64,000 nt of DNA. Origin: a virus. Positions within the stretch are counted from its first letter, which is position 1. Every line of letters starts with the position of its first letter. Positions 1 to 8,927 of this stretch are shown one piece after another. The stretch lies in the IMG/VR virus record IMGVR_UViG_3300045988_125874, one strand, 5' to 3'. Position numbers and translations under genes: made by a program. A model generated the notes under the pieces. The model searched no databases and was not told the origin of the DNA. It saw only the letters and a list, made by a program, of their open reading frames with translations.

Positions 1-44
1 CATTCGTAACGCGTAGGTCGCCAGTTCAAGTCTGGCTAGCGGCT
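1..44 (+). tRNA. 3' part of a host tRNA cut by the window edge; anticodon loop TTCGTAA suggests Thr(CGU), identity tentative
   Basis: Variable loop AGGTC, T-arm GCCAG-TTCAAGT-CTGGC, acceptor 3' strand TAGCGGC plus discriminator T. Integrase gene lies 150 nt downstream. Confidence 0.75.
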
Positions 45-51
45 CTCAAAT

Positions 52-93
52 GGGAACCTATTAATTGTCTTATATTTAGCGGTTTAGGTTCCC
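52..93 (+). repeat. 9-bp inverted repeat GGGAACCTA/TAGGTTCCC followed by GTTTTTATTT; possible tRNA terminator or att flank
   Basis: Read directly from sequence. The 24-nt loop is large for a canonical terminator. Confidence 0.4.
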
Positions 94-141
94 GTTTTTA
101 TTTACTAGTTCTTCAATATATAGATTAAAAAAAAGGAAAAA

Positions 142-182
142 TTGTCCAGTGGTGGACAAAAAAACTTATCCAAAACTTATCC
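142..182 (+). promoter_or_regulatory. Palindrome TTGTCCA-GTGG-TGGACAA plus tandem direct repeat AACTTATCC x2 just upstream of int; candidate int promoter/operator or arm-type site
   Basis: Read directly: palindrome at 142-159, repeats at about 162-182. int ATG is at 201. Confidence 0.3.
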
Positions 183-200
183 TTTAAATTTTAATCTATT

Positions 201-1451
201 ATGGCAACTCTTAAACTTACAATTTTCAAAGCAAAAGTTTTAAAGGACGGGAGGCATAAAATAAGAATAGCCGTATGTCATAAGAAAGAGACATGTTATA
301 TTGTAACACGTTTCATTATTGATAACTTGTCGCAGTTTAAGGATGGACAAGTAACAAAGCGTCCTGATGCTTCAATTATTAATTCCAAGCTAAGAAGCAT
401 GATGAATGATCTACAGGATAAATTGGATGAAATAAACCATCAATCACTTTATTCTTGTAAGCAAATTAAAGATATGCTTATATCTGGCTTGGATTCGAAA
501 GGAAAGCATAATATTACTTATCAAAAGGCTTGCAGTGATTTTATAAGTGAACTGAATTCTGAAGGAAGGGAAAGTTATGCTGTATTAATTGAAAGAAGTT
601 GTCGATATTTTACGGAGTTCACTAGGGGAGAAATACCTATGTCAGATATAACTCCAAATATGATTGAAGGATTTTCAAAATACTTGAAAACAAAAAGGAA
701 CATAGGGAATACAACAATTGGGATGATGATGTCTCAAATAAAAGCTGTTATTAATAGAAATATAAATTCAGGTTATGTCAGATATGATATACATCCATTT
801 GTGAACAAGAAAATTCCTAAATCTCCAGTTCGCGAAGTTGATATATCTTTGGAAAGCCTTAATATGTTAAGGTGCAGTAATCCAAAAGAGAAAAAATACA
901 TTGTTGCAAGGGATGTATTTATGCTTTCTTTTTATTTAGGAGGAATGAATTTAATAGATATAATGAATACTCGTTTTGTTAATGACAAAGTAGATTATGT
1001 CAGAATTAAAACGAGGCTTAAAACGGAAGCCGAACAGCATTGCCTACTTCCAATTACCGAACCTGCAAAGATGATAATAAATAGGTGGATAAATAATAAG
1101 ACAAAAAAACTGGATTTTGGATATAAATTTTCGTATCATAATTTTTCAAGGTATACATGCCGATCTCTTGCTACATTAGCAAAGGATTTGGGAATAAAAG
1201 AAAAGGTAGTCTTTTATTCTGCTAGAAAGTCGTTTGCTCAATATGCTTTTGATTTAGGAATCCCCGATAATGTAATAGACTATTGTCTTGCTCATTCAGA
1301 CAAGGGTAGGGGAATTGTCAGGTATTACACAAAAACTCGGTTTAAGCAAGCTGAAATAGCTATAAATAGGGTTATTGATTATATTAATAATCCTGATAAA
1401 TACAAGGAATATATTGAAATGAAAGCCGATATAATGATGATGAAAGGGTAG
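201..1451 (+). CDS. int: Tyrosine recombinase / phage integrase (Bacteroidetes type with N-terminal arm-binding domain)
   Basis: 416 aa. N-terminus KLTIFKAKVLKDGRHKIRI is typical of Bacteroidetes integrases. C-terminal catalytic pattern ARKSFA ... LAHSDKG ... VRYY (R..H..R..Y). Adjacent to a tRNA. Confidence 0.9.
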   Translation: MATLKLTIFKAKVLKDGRHKIRIAVCHKKETCYIVTRFIIDNLSQFKDGQVTKRPDASIINSKLRSMMNDLQDKLDEINHQSLYSCKQIKDMLISGLDSKGKHNITYQKACSDFISELNSEGRESYAVLIERSCRYFTEFTRGEIPMSDITPNMIEGFSKYLKTKRNIGNTTIGMMMSQIKAVINRNINSGYVRYDIHPFVNKKIPKSPVREVDISLESLNMLRCSNPKEKKYIVARDVFMLSFYLGGMNLIDIMNTRFVNDKVDYVRIKTRLKTEAEQHCLLPITEPAKMIINRWINNKTKKLDFGYKFSYHNFSRYTCRSLATLAKDLGIKEKVVFYSARKSFAQYAFDLGIPDNVIDYCLAHSDKGRGIVRYYTKTRFKQAEIAINRVIDYINNPDKYKEYIEMKADIMMMKG

Positions 1452-1453
1452 GG

Positions 1454-1478
1454 GAAGGCAGCTTATTCGGCTGCCTTC
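1454..1478. terminator. Hairpin between convergent int and the 71-aa gene (bidirectional terminator candidate)
   Basis: GAAGGCAGC-loop-GCTGCCTTC, 9-10 bp stem, immediately after the int stop codon. Confidence 0.55.
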
Positions 1479-1479
1479 T

Positions 1480-1695
1480 CTATTTCAATTCAACAGGTTT
1501 ATCCTCCCATGTTAGTTCTCGTCCAAGGATTTTCTTTATTGTACCTTTGGGGAGTTCGATGCATACATCATTATGCGGATCATAGTCCCAACATTCTTCG
1601 TCTCTATAGGGTTCTTCGTCTCCTCCTCTTTCACAATAGACTTCACATTCAATAATACGTTCAGTCCCATCTTTGTCAACACATAAATAAGTCAT
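1480..1695 (-). CDS. Hypothetical protein (acidic, Cys-containing, 71 aa)
   Basis: ORF 1 nt from the upstream gene; last gene of the NYN operon. Confidence 0.5.
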   Translation of the reverse strand: MTYLCVDKDGTERIIECEVYCERGGDEEPYRDEECWDYDPHNDVCIELPKGTIKKILGRELTWEDKPVELK

Positions 1696-1696
1696 A

Positions 1697-1984
1697 TTAT
1701 TTTCCTTTCTCTATCTTTTCTCTAAATGTTCTCAACTGGTCTACAGTCGGGTAAAACGTAGGGTTCTCCCAGTTCCTCGAAATCACCGCTATCATCGAAT
1801 CAAGGTACTTTCCGCAGTCAAGAATCTTTGCGCATTTATCCAGCTGGAATTCCCCGGTCGGGTATCTCTTATTGTTGAGCGTTTCTTTAGCCCAAGTTAG
1901 CAACTCGTTTATTGAGTCGTAGTCGTATTTCTTTTCTTCTGCCATAATGTTAGTTTTCGGCAAAGGTATAAAAAATCCCGGCAT
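1697..1984 (-). CDS. Hypothetical protein (95 aa; alternative start MAEEKKY at 1945)
   Basis: ORF co-directional with and downstream of the NYN gene. Confidence 0.5.
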   Translation of the reverse strand: MPGFFIPLPKTNIMAEEKKYDYDSINELLTWAKETLNNKRYPTGEFQLDKCAKILDCGKYLDSMIAVISRNWENPTFYPTVDQLRTFREKIEKGK

Positions 1985-2038
1985 ATTTAATACACCGGGA
2001 GGATTCCATTTTAAAGAGGCAGTTATAAATGGAAGGAG

Positions 2039-2800
2039 CTATTTTTTCTTTGCATCTTTCTGATGATATAAAGGTATGCTTTTTAATCCATCAATGTGTT
2101 CATATAGATCATTTTCGATATGTTCACAATGCATAGGATCAAGAACAAAGTCAATTCCCTCACGCCTAGCCAATTTTGCAGCAGGAACGAAATCTGAATC
2201 TCCAGAAATAAGAACAATCTTATCCACAAAACCTTTTAAAGATAAAGAAGCGATGTCAACACCAATTTTCATATCAATTCCCTTTTGACGCAATTCATAA
2301 TACACATCATCTTCCTTAATGTCATCAAGAGAAATTTCTTTCTTTAGTAATTTTCTCATTGTGTTATCATAGAAAATCCATCTTTTACTTTCCTTGATAT
2401 TACCTAAACGCAAAGCAACTTTTCTTTTTTTCTTAAGCTCGTTTATTAACTCACTTCTACGAAGTGCTTCTTCTGTTTTAGAGTAGTCGACACATTTCTT
2501 GGAAATGGGGTTGTGTATCTTTTTGGAGAATGGCACACAATCATAATAAAAAATACGATATAAATAATTATTTTTTCCTACATGAGAATGAGATATAGTA
2601 TATAAATCATTAGCAATGGTTAATGCTGTCTTTTTGCCAGACTTATTGTACATTGCATTATAGCGTTTTATAAAATACCCACCATCAATTAATATGGCAA
2701 CTCTTATAGGAGTTTCTGTGTACGATGTATTTGGACGTGTTTTCATAAAATAAAAAAATGGCCTTTGGTTAGGCATGCCCATTATCAAGAGGGGGGACAA
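2039..2800 (-). CDS. NYN-domain (LabA/DUF88-like) putative ribonuclease; true start probably an internal ATG (2782 or 2746)
   Basis: VAILIDGGYF near the N-terminus and LISGDSDFVPAAKLARREGIDF near the C-terminus fit the LabA-like NYN pattern. Confidence 0.7.
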   Translation of the reverse strand: MSPLLIMGMPNQRPFFYFMKTRPNTSYTETPIRVAILIDGGYFIKRYNAMYNKSGKKTALTIANDLYTISHSHVGKNNYLYRIFYYDCVPFSKKIHNPISKKCVDYSKTEEALRRSELINELKKKRKVALRLGNIKESKRWIFYDNTMRKLLKKEISLDDIKEDDVYYELRQKGIDMKIGVDIASLSLKGFVDKIVLISGDSDFVPAAKLARREGIDFVLDPMHCEHIENDLYEHIDGLKSIPLYHQKDAKKK

Positions 2801-2829
2801 ACGTAAGCCAAAGGCATAATCATGTGCTG

Positions 2830-2860
2830 CAAATGTATGAATTTAATTTGTATTTGCAAA
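2830..2860 (-). promoter_or_regulatory. Bacteroides-type promoter for the NYN operon
   Basis: Minus strand reads TTTG, a 19-nt spacer, then TACATTTG, matching -33 TTTG / -7 TAnnTTTG. Confidence 0.6.
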
Positions 2861-3118
2861 AGATAGAAAATAAATTGCAATAAAAAATAGATTATTTTAT
2901 ATGTTTTGCACTCATTAAGCTGCAATATCACCTTTCAATTTAGTACAACGTAAACATTACAATATCAATCGTGCACACAAAGATATAACCCTTGCAATAA
3001 TCGCAAGAGGAATCAGCCAGTACAACCACCTTTCTAGGCGTTCCATAGCATCACCAGCAGAAGCCGGCAGAAATCCGAGTGATACCGGTCGTCGGCCTGT
3101 TCAAGCAATATATCCAGT

Positions 3119-3283
3119 TTATCGTTTCTCATTTTCGAGCACTGACTTTATTCGTTCTTCAGTAAAACCAAAACGGGCGGCAAACTTCTTGAAAGCCCGC
3201 ATCCTGTTATCCGGAATAAGAGCATACATGCTATTAATAGGAGTATCACTTTTTAATGCTTTTCGGACCTGCTTATTCTTCAT
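3119..3283 (-). CDS. Small hypothetical protein (54 aa, MKNKQVRKAL...), below the ORF-track cutoff
   Basis: Its ATG overlaps the stop of the upstream 149-aa gene by 11 nt (coupled arrangement). Confidence 0.4.
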   Translation of the reverse strand: MKNKQVRKALKSDTPINSMYALIPDNRMRAFKKFAARFGFTEERIKSVLENEKR

Positions 3284-3722
3284 AAGGTTGGTGAATTAAA
3301 TGTTTAACTTCATTTTTGCAACATTTGCACTCGCACAATAGTGATTTAGCATATTCCCACGTCTTTTCAATTATATCATCTCCGATATACTGAATTTCCT
3401 CACCGTACGGGTCTATCCCAAATGCCTGACAGATATGAGTAGCCATGTGCCCGCACTCATGCCTCCATGACTTGGCAAATTCCTTCGAAGACGAAGTAAG
3501 GGCAATAACCATAACCGTTTCCCGTGTCCCGAAGTTGGAGTAAGTAACTCCGGTATTCAGGTTGCCGGAGTTTATGTTATCGTATGCAGTACGGAGCATA
3601 TCACCGTCGCAGCCGATGGAATGCATATTATTCAGTATCTCTTCTGTATAATATGTATCTACTGCATAATATACCATGCAGCTCCAGCCATACTTGGGTA
3701 ATGTAAACCGTTGCCTTATCAT
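3273..3722 (-). CDS. Hypothetical protein with an HExxH (HECGH) metallopeptidase-like motif and a C-terminal Cys cluster
   Basis: 149 aa. Motifs WRHECGHMATH and CECKCCK seen in the translation. Confidence 0.55.
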   Translation of the reverse strand: MIRQRFTLPKYGWSCMVYYAVDTYYTEEILNNMHSIGCDGDMLRTAYDNINSGNLNTGVTYSNFGTRETVMVIALTSSSKEFAKSWRHECGHMATHICQAFGIDPYGEEIQYIGDDIIEKTWEYAKSLLCECKCCKNEVKHLIHQPYEE

Positions 3723-3725
3723 TTA

Positions 3726-4148
3726 TCAAAGCATTTCGTCCCACTCCACCGGTTCTCCGGCTCTGTTCATCTTGGCATACCACATACACATTGCCATGCC
3801 GTCAGGAGCATCCGGATCGTCAATCATATCCTTTATGTATAATGCCATGTGCGCTTCATCCGGCACGGAGGATTTGAATAAATCCGCCTTGCATTGGTTG
3901 GCCCAATACACATAATCATATAACACATTGTTTTCAAGCTTTATTCCGTAACGGGTGAGCAATTCGTCAACCTTCTCTTTGGAGATTGGTTCAATACGTT
4001 CTTTCTTTCCGGTTGAAGGATTCATCTTCTTCATCAACGATACGGCAAATTCACACATTTTCTTGTTGAAATGCCACCCAAAGTGTGAAAGATACGCTTC
4101 CATCTCTTCCGGTCTTCTGTCTCTTATATCCAGCGGTTCTCTTCTCAT
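3726..4148 (-). CDS. Hypothetical protein (140 aa)
   Basis: ORF 3 nt from its neighbour within the cargo module. Confidence 0.6.
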   Translation of the reverse strand: MRREPLDIRDRRPEEMEAYLSHFGWHFNKKMCEFAVSLMKKMNPSTGKKERIEPISKEKVDELLTRYGIKLENNVLYDYVYWANQCKADLFKSSVPDEAHMALYIKDMIDDPDAPDGMAMCMWYAKMNRAGEPVEWDEML

Positions 4149-4198
4149 GATTTAATAAAGTTATAGGGAGTAGAAATAATCCACCCCCTAATTAAACA

Positions 4199-4468
4199 TT
4201 AACGATAACGGGAATAGCGTCCTGTACCACGTACGCCACGTCTTTCTCCATAGCCGCCACGGTCGGAACCACCGCCATAACCACCACGTTCGCCCATCTC
4301 GTCATAACGCTCGTCGTCATCGTCATAATAACGTTCACGTCTTCCCATGCTTTCACCTCCGGAAAGTTCCTCGATGCACTGCATCAGTTTACCACCGTAT
4401 TTGAGCATTTTTTCAGCATAGTCGGACATTTTCTCGACTTTGCTTTCTGTGATTTCAATTATCTGCAT
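4199..4468 (-). CDS. Hypothetical protein with an Arg/Gly/Tyr-rich low-complexity tail
   Basis: 89 aa. C-terminus ERGGYGGGSDRGGYGERRGVRGTGRYSRYR. Confidence 0.55.
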   Translation of the reverse strand: MQIIEITESKVEKMSDYAEKMLKYGGKLMQCIEELSGGESMGRRERYYDDDDERYDEMGERGGYGGGSDRGGYGERRGVRGTGRYSRYR

Positions 4469-4471
4469 AAT

Positions 4472-5005
4472 TTATTTACTTTTAGGATTGTTACTACCAC
4501 TTCCCAAAGCCTTGGCAAGCATATCTTTTATATCGGTAAGGGTGTTTTCAACTCCGGAAACTTTCTGTTCAAGGACACCGATTTTCTCTTCCTGTTCTTT
4601 TTCTTTCGCCAGTTGTGGATTCAGCTCCCTTAGCATAACATCACAGGAGGAAATGACCTTCTCATGGTAAGGGACACTTTCTATTACTCCTCGGCTTATT
4701 CTCAACATAGATTCCACCTCGGCATTCATTGCTTCCCGGCTTTCCGATACAACAACTCCATTCGCGCCAAAATTGGCTATCGAAAGATTTGCCGGAAGTT
4801 GTTTAAAATCAATAGTTTCCTCACCAACCTTAACCGAAACGTCAACAACTGTTTCCATATTTTGGCCATAAGTTTGCCCTGGTACATACTGTCCGTATTT
4901 AGGTTGTGGATTACTTACGGAAACAACCTGCCCTACTTTCAATTCAGGGTTTTCCCCTTTTTGAAGGATATAAAATATATTGGATTGTCTTAGACTTTGA
5001 AACAT
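4472..5005 (-). CDS. Hypothetical protein (177 aa, C-terminal coiled-coil-like segment)
   Basis: ORF 3 nt upstream of the next gene. Confidence 0.6.
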   Translation of the reverse strand: MFQSLRQSNIFYILQKGENPELKVGQVVSVSNPQPKYGQYVPGQTYGQNMETVVDVSVKVGEETIDFKQLPANLSIANFGANGVVVSESREAMNAEVESMLRISRGVIESVPYHEKVISSCDVMLRELNPQLAKEKEQEEKIGVLEQKVSGVENTLTDIKDMLAKALGSGSNNPKSK

Positions 5006-5050
5006 AATTTATTAACTCTTTAAGGAGCGGGATTACTCCCACTCCATATT

Positions 5051-5557
5051 TTACTTTGCCTTTACAGCATTTACGCTTGTCGCTGCCGGTTCGCCATTGC
5101 TGGCAGCAGCCGGTGTTGAAGCCGTAAATTCCAGAAAACGTATAACGCCTGTGCGCTTATTAAGATAAGCAAGACGTTCCGTAGTGCCTGTAACATCTGT
5201 TCCAGTAACCGGATTGTTGTTGCTGTCTACAACAGGAACCTTTGAAGTACCTGTAGTAGTACCGGCAACTGCCAATGTCGACTGTCCTAAGTTAGGAGCT
5301 ATAACATTTATAGGTAAAGCTTCTCCACCTGCCGGAACATCTGCATGAACCTTCAACAGGATTATGCTTTCGCACGGAAGTGCATTATAGCAGTGAGGAT
5401 TAATACCATAATCTACACTTGCATCCGTTAACTGAACAGCGTTCGTTGAAAGTTCGTAGATACCATTAACGTCAACTCTCCTAATTCCTCTTGCGGAACG
5501 ATTCATTAGGAAAGGGCTTGGAAGCCAGTAAGGATACATTAAGTTAGGATATAACAT
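5051..5557 (-). CDS. Hypothetical protein (168 aa from MLYPNLMY; Thr/Gly-rich centre)
   Basis: Start chosen at an ATG preceded by a strong SD (GAAAGGAGGTAATT-ATG). This removes the overlap with the upstream gene. Confidence 0.6.
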   Translation of the reverse strand: MLYPNLMYPYWLPSPFLMNRSARGIRRVDVNGIYELSTNAVQLTDASVDYGINPHCYNALPCESIILLKVHADVPAGGEALPINVIAPNLGQSTLAVAGTTTGTSKVPVVDSNNNPVTGTDVTGTTERLAYLNKRTGVIRFLEFTASTPAAASNGEPAATSVNAVKAK

Positions 5558-5571
5558 AATTACCTCCTTTC

Positions 5572-6561
5572 TTAGCAACCGCAAGTTCCTAATGTAGATA
5601 CACCGAAGTTTACAGGAACGGAATAGTTTACAGGAACATAGTTACCACTGGCCGGGCAATAAGGCATCGGGAATGTAGGCGGTTGCGCACATTCGATCTT
5701 TGCCAGACGGCTACTCAAATCACTCAACGCAGCACCAAGAGGAGCAGTAGCCTGTGCCACAATCTGAGAAGTCATTGCGGAACTCTTGAACGTGCTGTTT
5801 TCTTCACGCAAGTGGTCAATCTTGTTCTGCATTTCACGCATTTCAGCCGCACGTTGTCCGGCAAGAATTTGCTGTGTGCTGTCCTTGATGGAGTTTTGCA
5901 GATCACAGGTCTGTCTTTGAGTTTCGTATGCAACGGAAGCGAAGCCTCTTTCCTGACCGGTTGCAACACCGTTAATGGCATTCTGCAATGTGTTGGTCTG
6001 TTGACAGATTGCCAAGCGGTTTTCGCAACAGCATGATGCAATCTGTTGAGCGATCTGACAGTTACCCTGCTGGATAGCATTAATAATCTGCATTGAACTT
6101 TGTCCAACCTGGTTACCAACTTGTTGAACTTGAGACATTACGCCATTGATGGCATTCTGAACCTGACCGATTGAACAATTCAAATTAGTAGCCAGATTGT
6201 TAATTGCTTGTCCGTTTCCTTGAATTGCGCTCATAAGTAGCTCCCTTCCTGCATCATTGTTAATTAAGTTAGGGATACCGGCGCCAGCAAATCCACCACC
6301 GTTACCGCCATCTCCGTTGTTTCCCCATCCGTTGCGTCCGAAAAGTGGGAACAGGAAGAAGAGGAAGATTATCCACATGAACCATGAACCATCACCGCCA
6401 AATCCATTGTTGTTTTTTCCTTGCATAGCAACCAATAAGTTTGGATCAATACCTTTCTGTTGCAATAGTGGGGCAAGCATAGCCATCATTCCACTACCGC
6501 CACCATTCCCGCCTGATTCCGGGAAAACGTAAGTTTTTGTTTCACTCATATTAATATACAA
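5572..6561 (-). CDS. Hypothetical membrane-anchored Gly/Asn/Gln-rich, Cys-rich protein
   Basis: 329 aa. GGNGGGSG tract, hydrophobic WFMWIIFLFFLFPLF segment, Q/N-rich repeats, CCC cluster and C-terminal TCGC. Confidence 0.6.
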   Translation of the reverse strand: MYINMSETKTYVFPESGGNGGGSGMMAMLAPLLQQKGIDPNLLVAMQGKNNNGFGGDGSWFMWIIFLFFLFPLFGRNGWGNNGDGGNGGGFAGAGIPNLINNDAGRELLMSAIQGNGQAINNLATNLNCSIGQVQNAINGVMSQVQQVGNQVGQSSMQIINAIQQGNCQIAQQIASCCCENRLAICQQTNTLQNAINGVATGQERGFASVAYETQRQTCDLQNSIKDSTQQILAGQRAAEMREMQNKIDHLREENSTFKSSAMTSQIVAQATAPLGAALSDLSSRLAKIECAQPPTFPMPYCPASGNYVPVNYSVPVNFGVSTLGTCGC

Positions 6562-6617
6562 TTTAATACGGTCGACATTAACCGCATCACAAAAGTATAT
6601 ATTAGATTCAGCCTAAG

Positions 6618-6914
6618 TCAGCACTCATTTTCAAGCGATTTGCGAATATTTTGCAGATATATTGCAATCATTTTGTTTGTATTTTTACGGCTTTCAAAAG
6701 TGGATATAAGATAGCGTATACTGGAAGATGTCTTATGAAGTAGAGCGGCTATCTGTTCAGGATATAGACCGTATTCAGTAAGGAAGAATACTACGATAGA
6801 GCGGGCATCGACAACCTCGGTCACTTTGCTTGATGAAAGGATTAGTTCAGTAGAAACTTCTGTTTCTTTTCCTACAAGGTTCAATATTTCGGCAAAAATC
6901 TCTGACTTACACAT
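6618..6914 (-). CDS. Small HTH protein resembling the DnaA C-terminal DNA-binding domain (start at MCKSEIF)
   Basis: VVDARSIVVFFLTEYGLYPEQIAALLHKTSSSIRYLIS follows the DnaA-C pattern. First gene of the cargo module. Confidence 0.5.
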   Translation of the reverse strand: MCKSEIFAEILNLVGKETEVSTELILSSSKVTEVVDARSIVVFFLTEYGLYPEQIAALLHKTSSSIRYLISTFESRKNTNKMIAIYLQNIRKSLENEC

Positions 6915-7280
6915 GGTAATTAATTTTTTTGTTGTACTTTTGCCCTTGCCAATCAGTACATATACCAAAAGAACAAAAGCATACTTCGGAATGTTAAGGA
7001 TATTATACCCCCTGACACAACCGATGTATGCTTTGGTGTATTAAAGTATTGATTGGCGTCAACTTTAATGTGTCGGGGGTTCTTTTTACTCTACCCCCAA
7101 AAGAGCTACATTTGTTATGATAACCGGCCTTCTACTTTACCGGGTAAACTTAGTGCTTAGTATTAATTAAAGTATCATTTTATCCTCCTTTCCTTTAAAA
7201 CCTTTTTCCGTAGGAAATTGTTATATAAGTGAAACTTAAACTTTTCATACCGGAAACGGTCTGTGAAGATAGTGCCGGTA

Positions 7281-7754
7281 TTACCATATAAATAAGTTAT
7301 AACTAACTCCGGCTCCTATGTACCAACCACCCGGATAACTATATCCTGCCTGCAAACCTAATCCCCATCGTTTCTTATTCTGTAAAGGTGGAAAAGTAAT
7401 AATTTTATTGTCTCTGTATATTTCCATAGAATCAAGGTTGGGATTATACCCACTGACTACCGCCCGGTAATCATCGGTCTTATACTCCTTACTTGTAATC
7501 GGTATTAGTACCGGAATTGAATCACCTTCTACGGTTCTATCAGTGGTAGTATCTATCAGGATCGGTAGATATACCGTATCGGTACGTTTTAGAGTTTCCC
7601 TTACCGGTTTGGGTATTGTGTCTCTTACTGTGTCCCGGATACGTACAGTATCTCCTTTAATGTTGTACACCGTTGACGGTTCGTGCGGATTACACTGCAT
7701 CCACACGATCACGCCAAGCAACAGGCAGACTAGCATCCAAGGGAGGGACTTCAT
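7281..7754 (-). CDS. Membrane/envelope protein (N-terminal signal-anchor, beta-rich aromatic C-terminus); spanin-like candidate
   Basis: MKSLPWMLVCLLLGVIVWMQC at the N-terminus and ...GAGVSYNLFIW at the C-terminus. ATGA overlap with the upstream gene. Confidence 0.5.
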   Translation of the reverse strand: MKSLPWMLVCLLLGVIVWMQCNPHEPSTVYNIKGDTVRIRDTVRDTIPKPVRETLKRTDTVYLPILIDTTTDRTVEGDSIPVLIPITSKEYKTDDYRAVVSGYNPNLDSMEIYRDNKIITFPPLQNKKRWGLGLQAGYSYPGGWYIGAGVSYNLFIW

Positions 7755-8023
7755 AGGATACTTTCGTTCGAGGTCCATTCCGGACTAGACAACAAAACAT
7801 TTAAATCCTCGCCTTCATAGGTAGGATAAGGAAAAGACAGTTCTTCCGTTCCGTCATCAGCAATAGTCCTAATCATCTTATGAGGAAATAACGCAGCATA
7901 GTGCTGGCATTTCATCAAGGTTTCACTCTCATTTACGCTCTTGCGAGGAACAAGGTTACGCTTGTCTATCTCCTCCTGAGGGACCTCTTGCAAGTCAATT
8001 GTTGGGAATACAGTGTATTTCAT
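7751..8023 (-). CDS. Hypothetical protein (90 aa)
   Basis: ORF between the beta-helix gene and the membrane protein. Confidence 0.5.
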   Translation of the reverse strand: MKYTVFPTIDLQEVPQEEIDKRNLVPRKSVNESETLMKCQHYAALFPHKMIRTIADDGTEELSFPYPTYEGEDLNVLLSSPEWTSNESIL

Positions 8024-8054
8024 AATTATATAATAAGTTTAAATTTATGCAAGT

Positions 8055-8927
8055 TTATTCATATTCTACAAGTGTTCCCGTTATTTGTTTGTCAGTCGTG
8101 TTGCCATTATACTTACAGTTAATTGCATATATTGAGCATAACTCATCAACCTTTAATCCTGATGCATTTCCCACCATAACACAAGAATTTATTATCCCTT
8201 TCATATCTGTGTGACCACTGGGAGTTGATAAATAGCCAATACCTATTTTATTATCTTTACAAATAGCGGAATACACATTAACTTTCGCTCCGTATGCTGG
8301 TGCGATACCACATTTGCCATTTCCTTCAAATACCCCACCATTAATTGTTCCTACGCATCCATCGTGGTGGCTACATCCATCGTCATTATTATACTCGGAT
8401 ATGCAATCATTTAGAATTGTTGTTCCATAACCATGAAAATTAAACCCATCGTATTTATTTTTAGTAGAATAACACTTGTTAAAGACAGCGTTTGTATTAA
8501 TTACTTCAAATCCCATTAGGTTCACACTATTATTTGCTTGACAATAATTTAGTACTACATTATTACAATCAACAATTTTTAATACACTATTGCCTGCTGT
8601 ATCAAATATAACCTCTTCAATGTGCAAATTATTGCAATTTGTAAAACTAGCGACATTATTATCTAACTGTGTTCCCCTTATTGTAATTACATCCCTACAC
8701 GGAACCTCGTGCGAATATTCTTCGTTATTATCATAAGGCATAATTGTGATATTGTCCTTATTGACAATTGCAAATGTTTCATTGTAAACACCACGTTTAA
8801 CTTTAATATTTGTACCTAAACTTAACGCTTTTGCAAACGATGCAAGTGCCGTTTCGATGGTTAAACCATCGTTGTTATCGTCGCCTTCTGTAGATACAAA
8901 AATTGTGCGATTTAAAACTTCATTCAA
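8055..8927 (-). CDS. Right-handed beta-helix (pectate-lyase-fold) tail spike / depolymerase candidate
   Basis: N-terminus IFVSTEGDDNNDGLTIETALASFAKAL plus repeated N/C/G-rich turns (NCNN, DCNN, NDC). Confidence 0.55.
   Translation of the reverse strand: MNEVLNRTIFVSTEGDDNNDGLTIETALASFAKALSLGTNIKVKRGVYNETFAIVNKDNITIMPYDNNEEYSHEVPCRDVITIRGTQLDNNVASFTNCNNLHIEEVIFDTAGNSVLKIVDCNNVVLNYCQANNSVNLMGFEVINTNAVFNKCYSTKNKYDGFNFHGYGTTILNDCISEYNNDDGCSHHDGCVGTINGGVFEGNGKCGIAPAYGAKVNVYSAICKDNKIGIGYLSTPSGHTDMKGIINSCVMVGNASGLKVDELCSIYAINCKYNGNTTDKQITGTLVEYE

Noticed and set aside
2076-2288. Plus-strand ORFs lying inside minus-strand genes. Examples: 2076-2288, 3676-3915, 3955-4155, 4440-4670, 4664-4993, 5683-6036, 6257-6532, 16255-16779, 17659-18219, 20377-21024, 21139-21558, 21898-22269, 24079-24453.
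   Set aside because: They are antisense shadow ORFs within long, well-supported genes. Their translations are low-complexity (Ser/Leu/Phe-rich). None has an independent promoter or start signal.
7081-7104. GGGGGT-12 nt-ACCCCC hairpin as the terminator of the fibre operon.
   Set aside because: There is no U-run on either strand after the stem. It may still be structural, but the evidence is insufficient for a terminator call.
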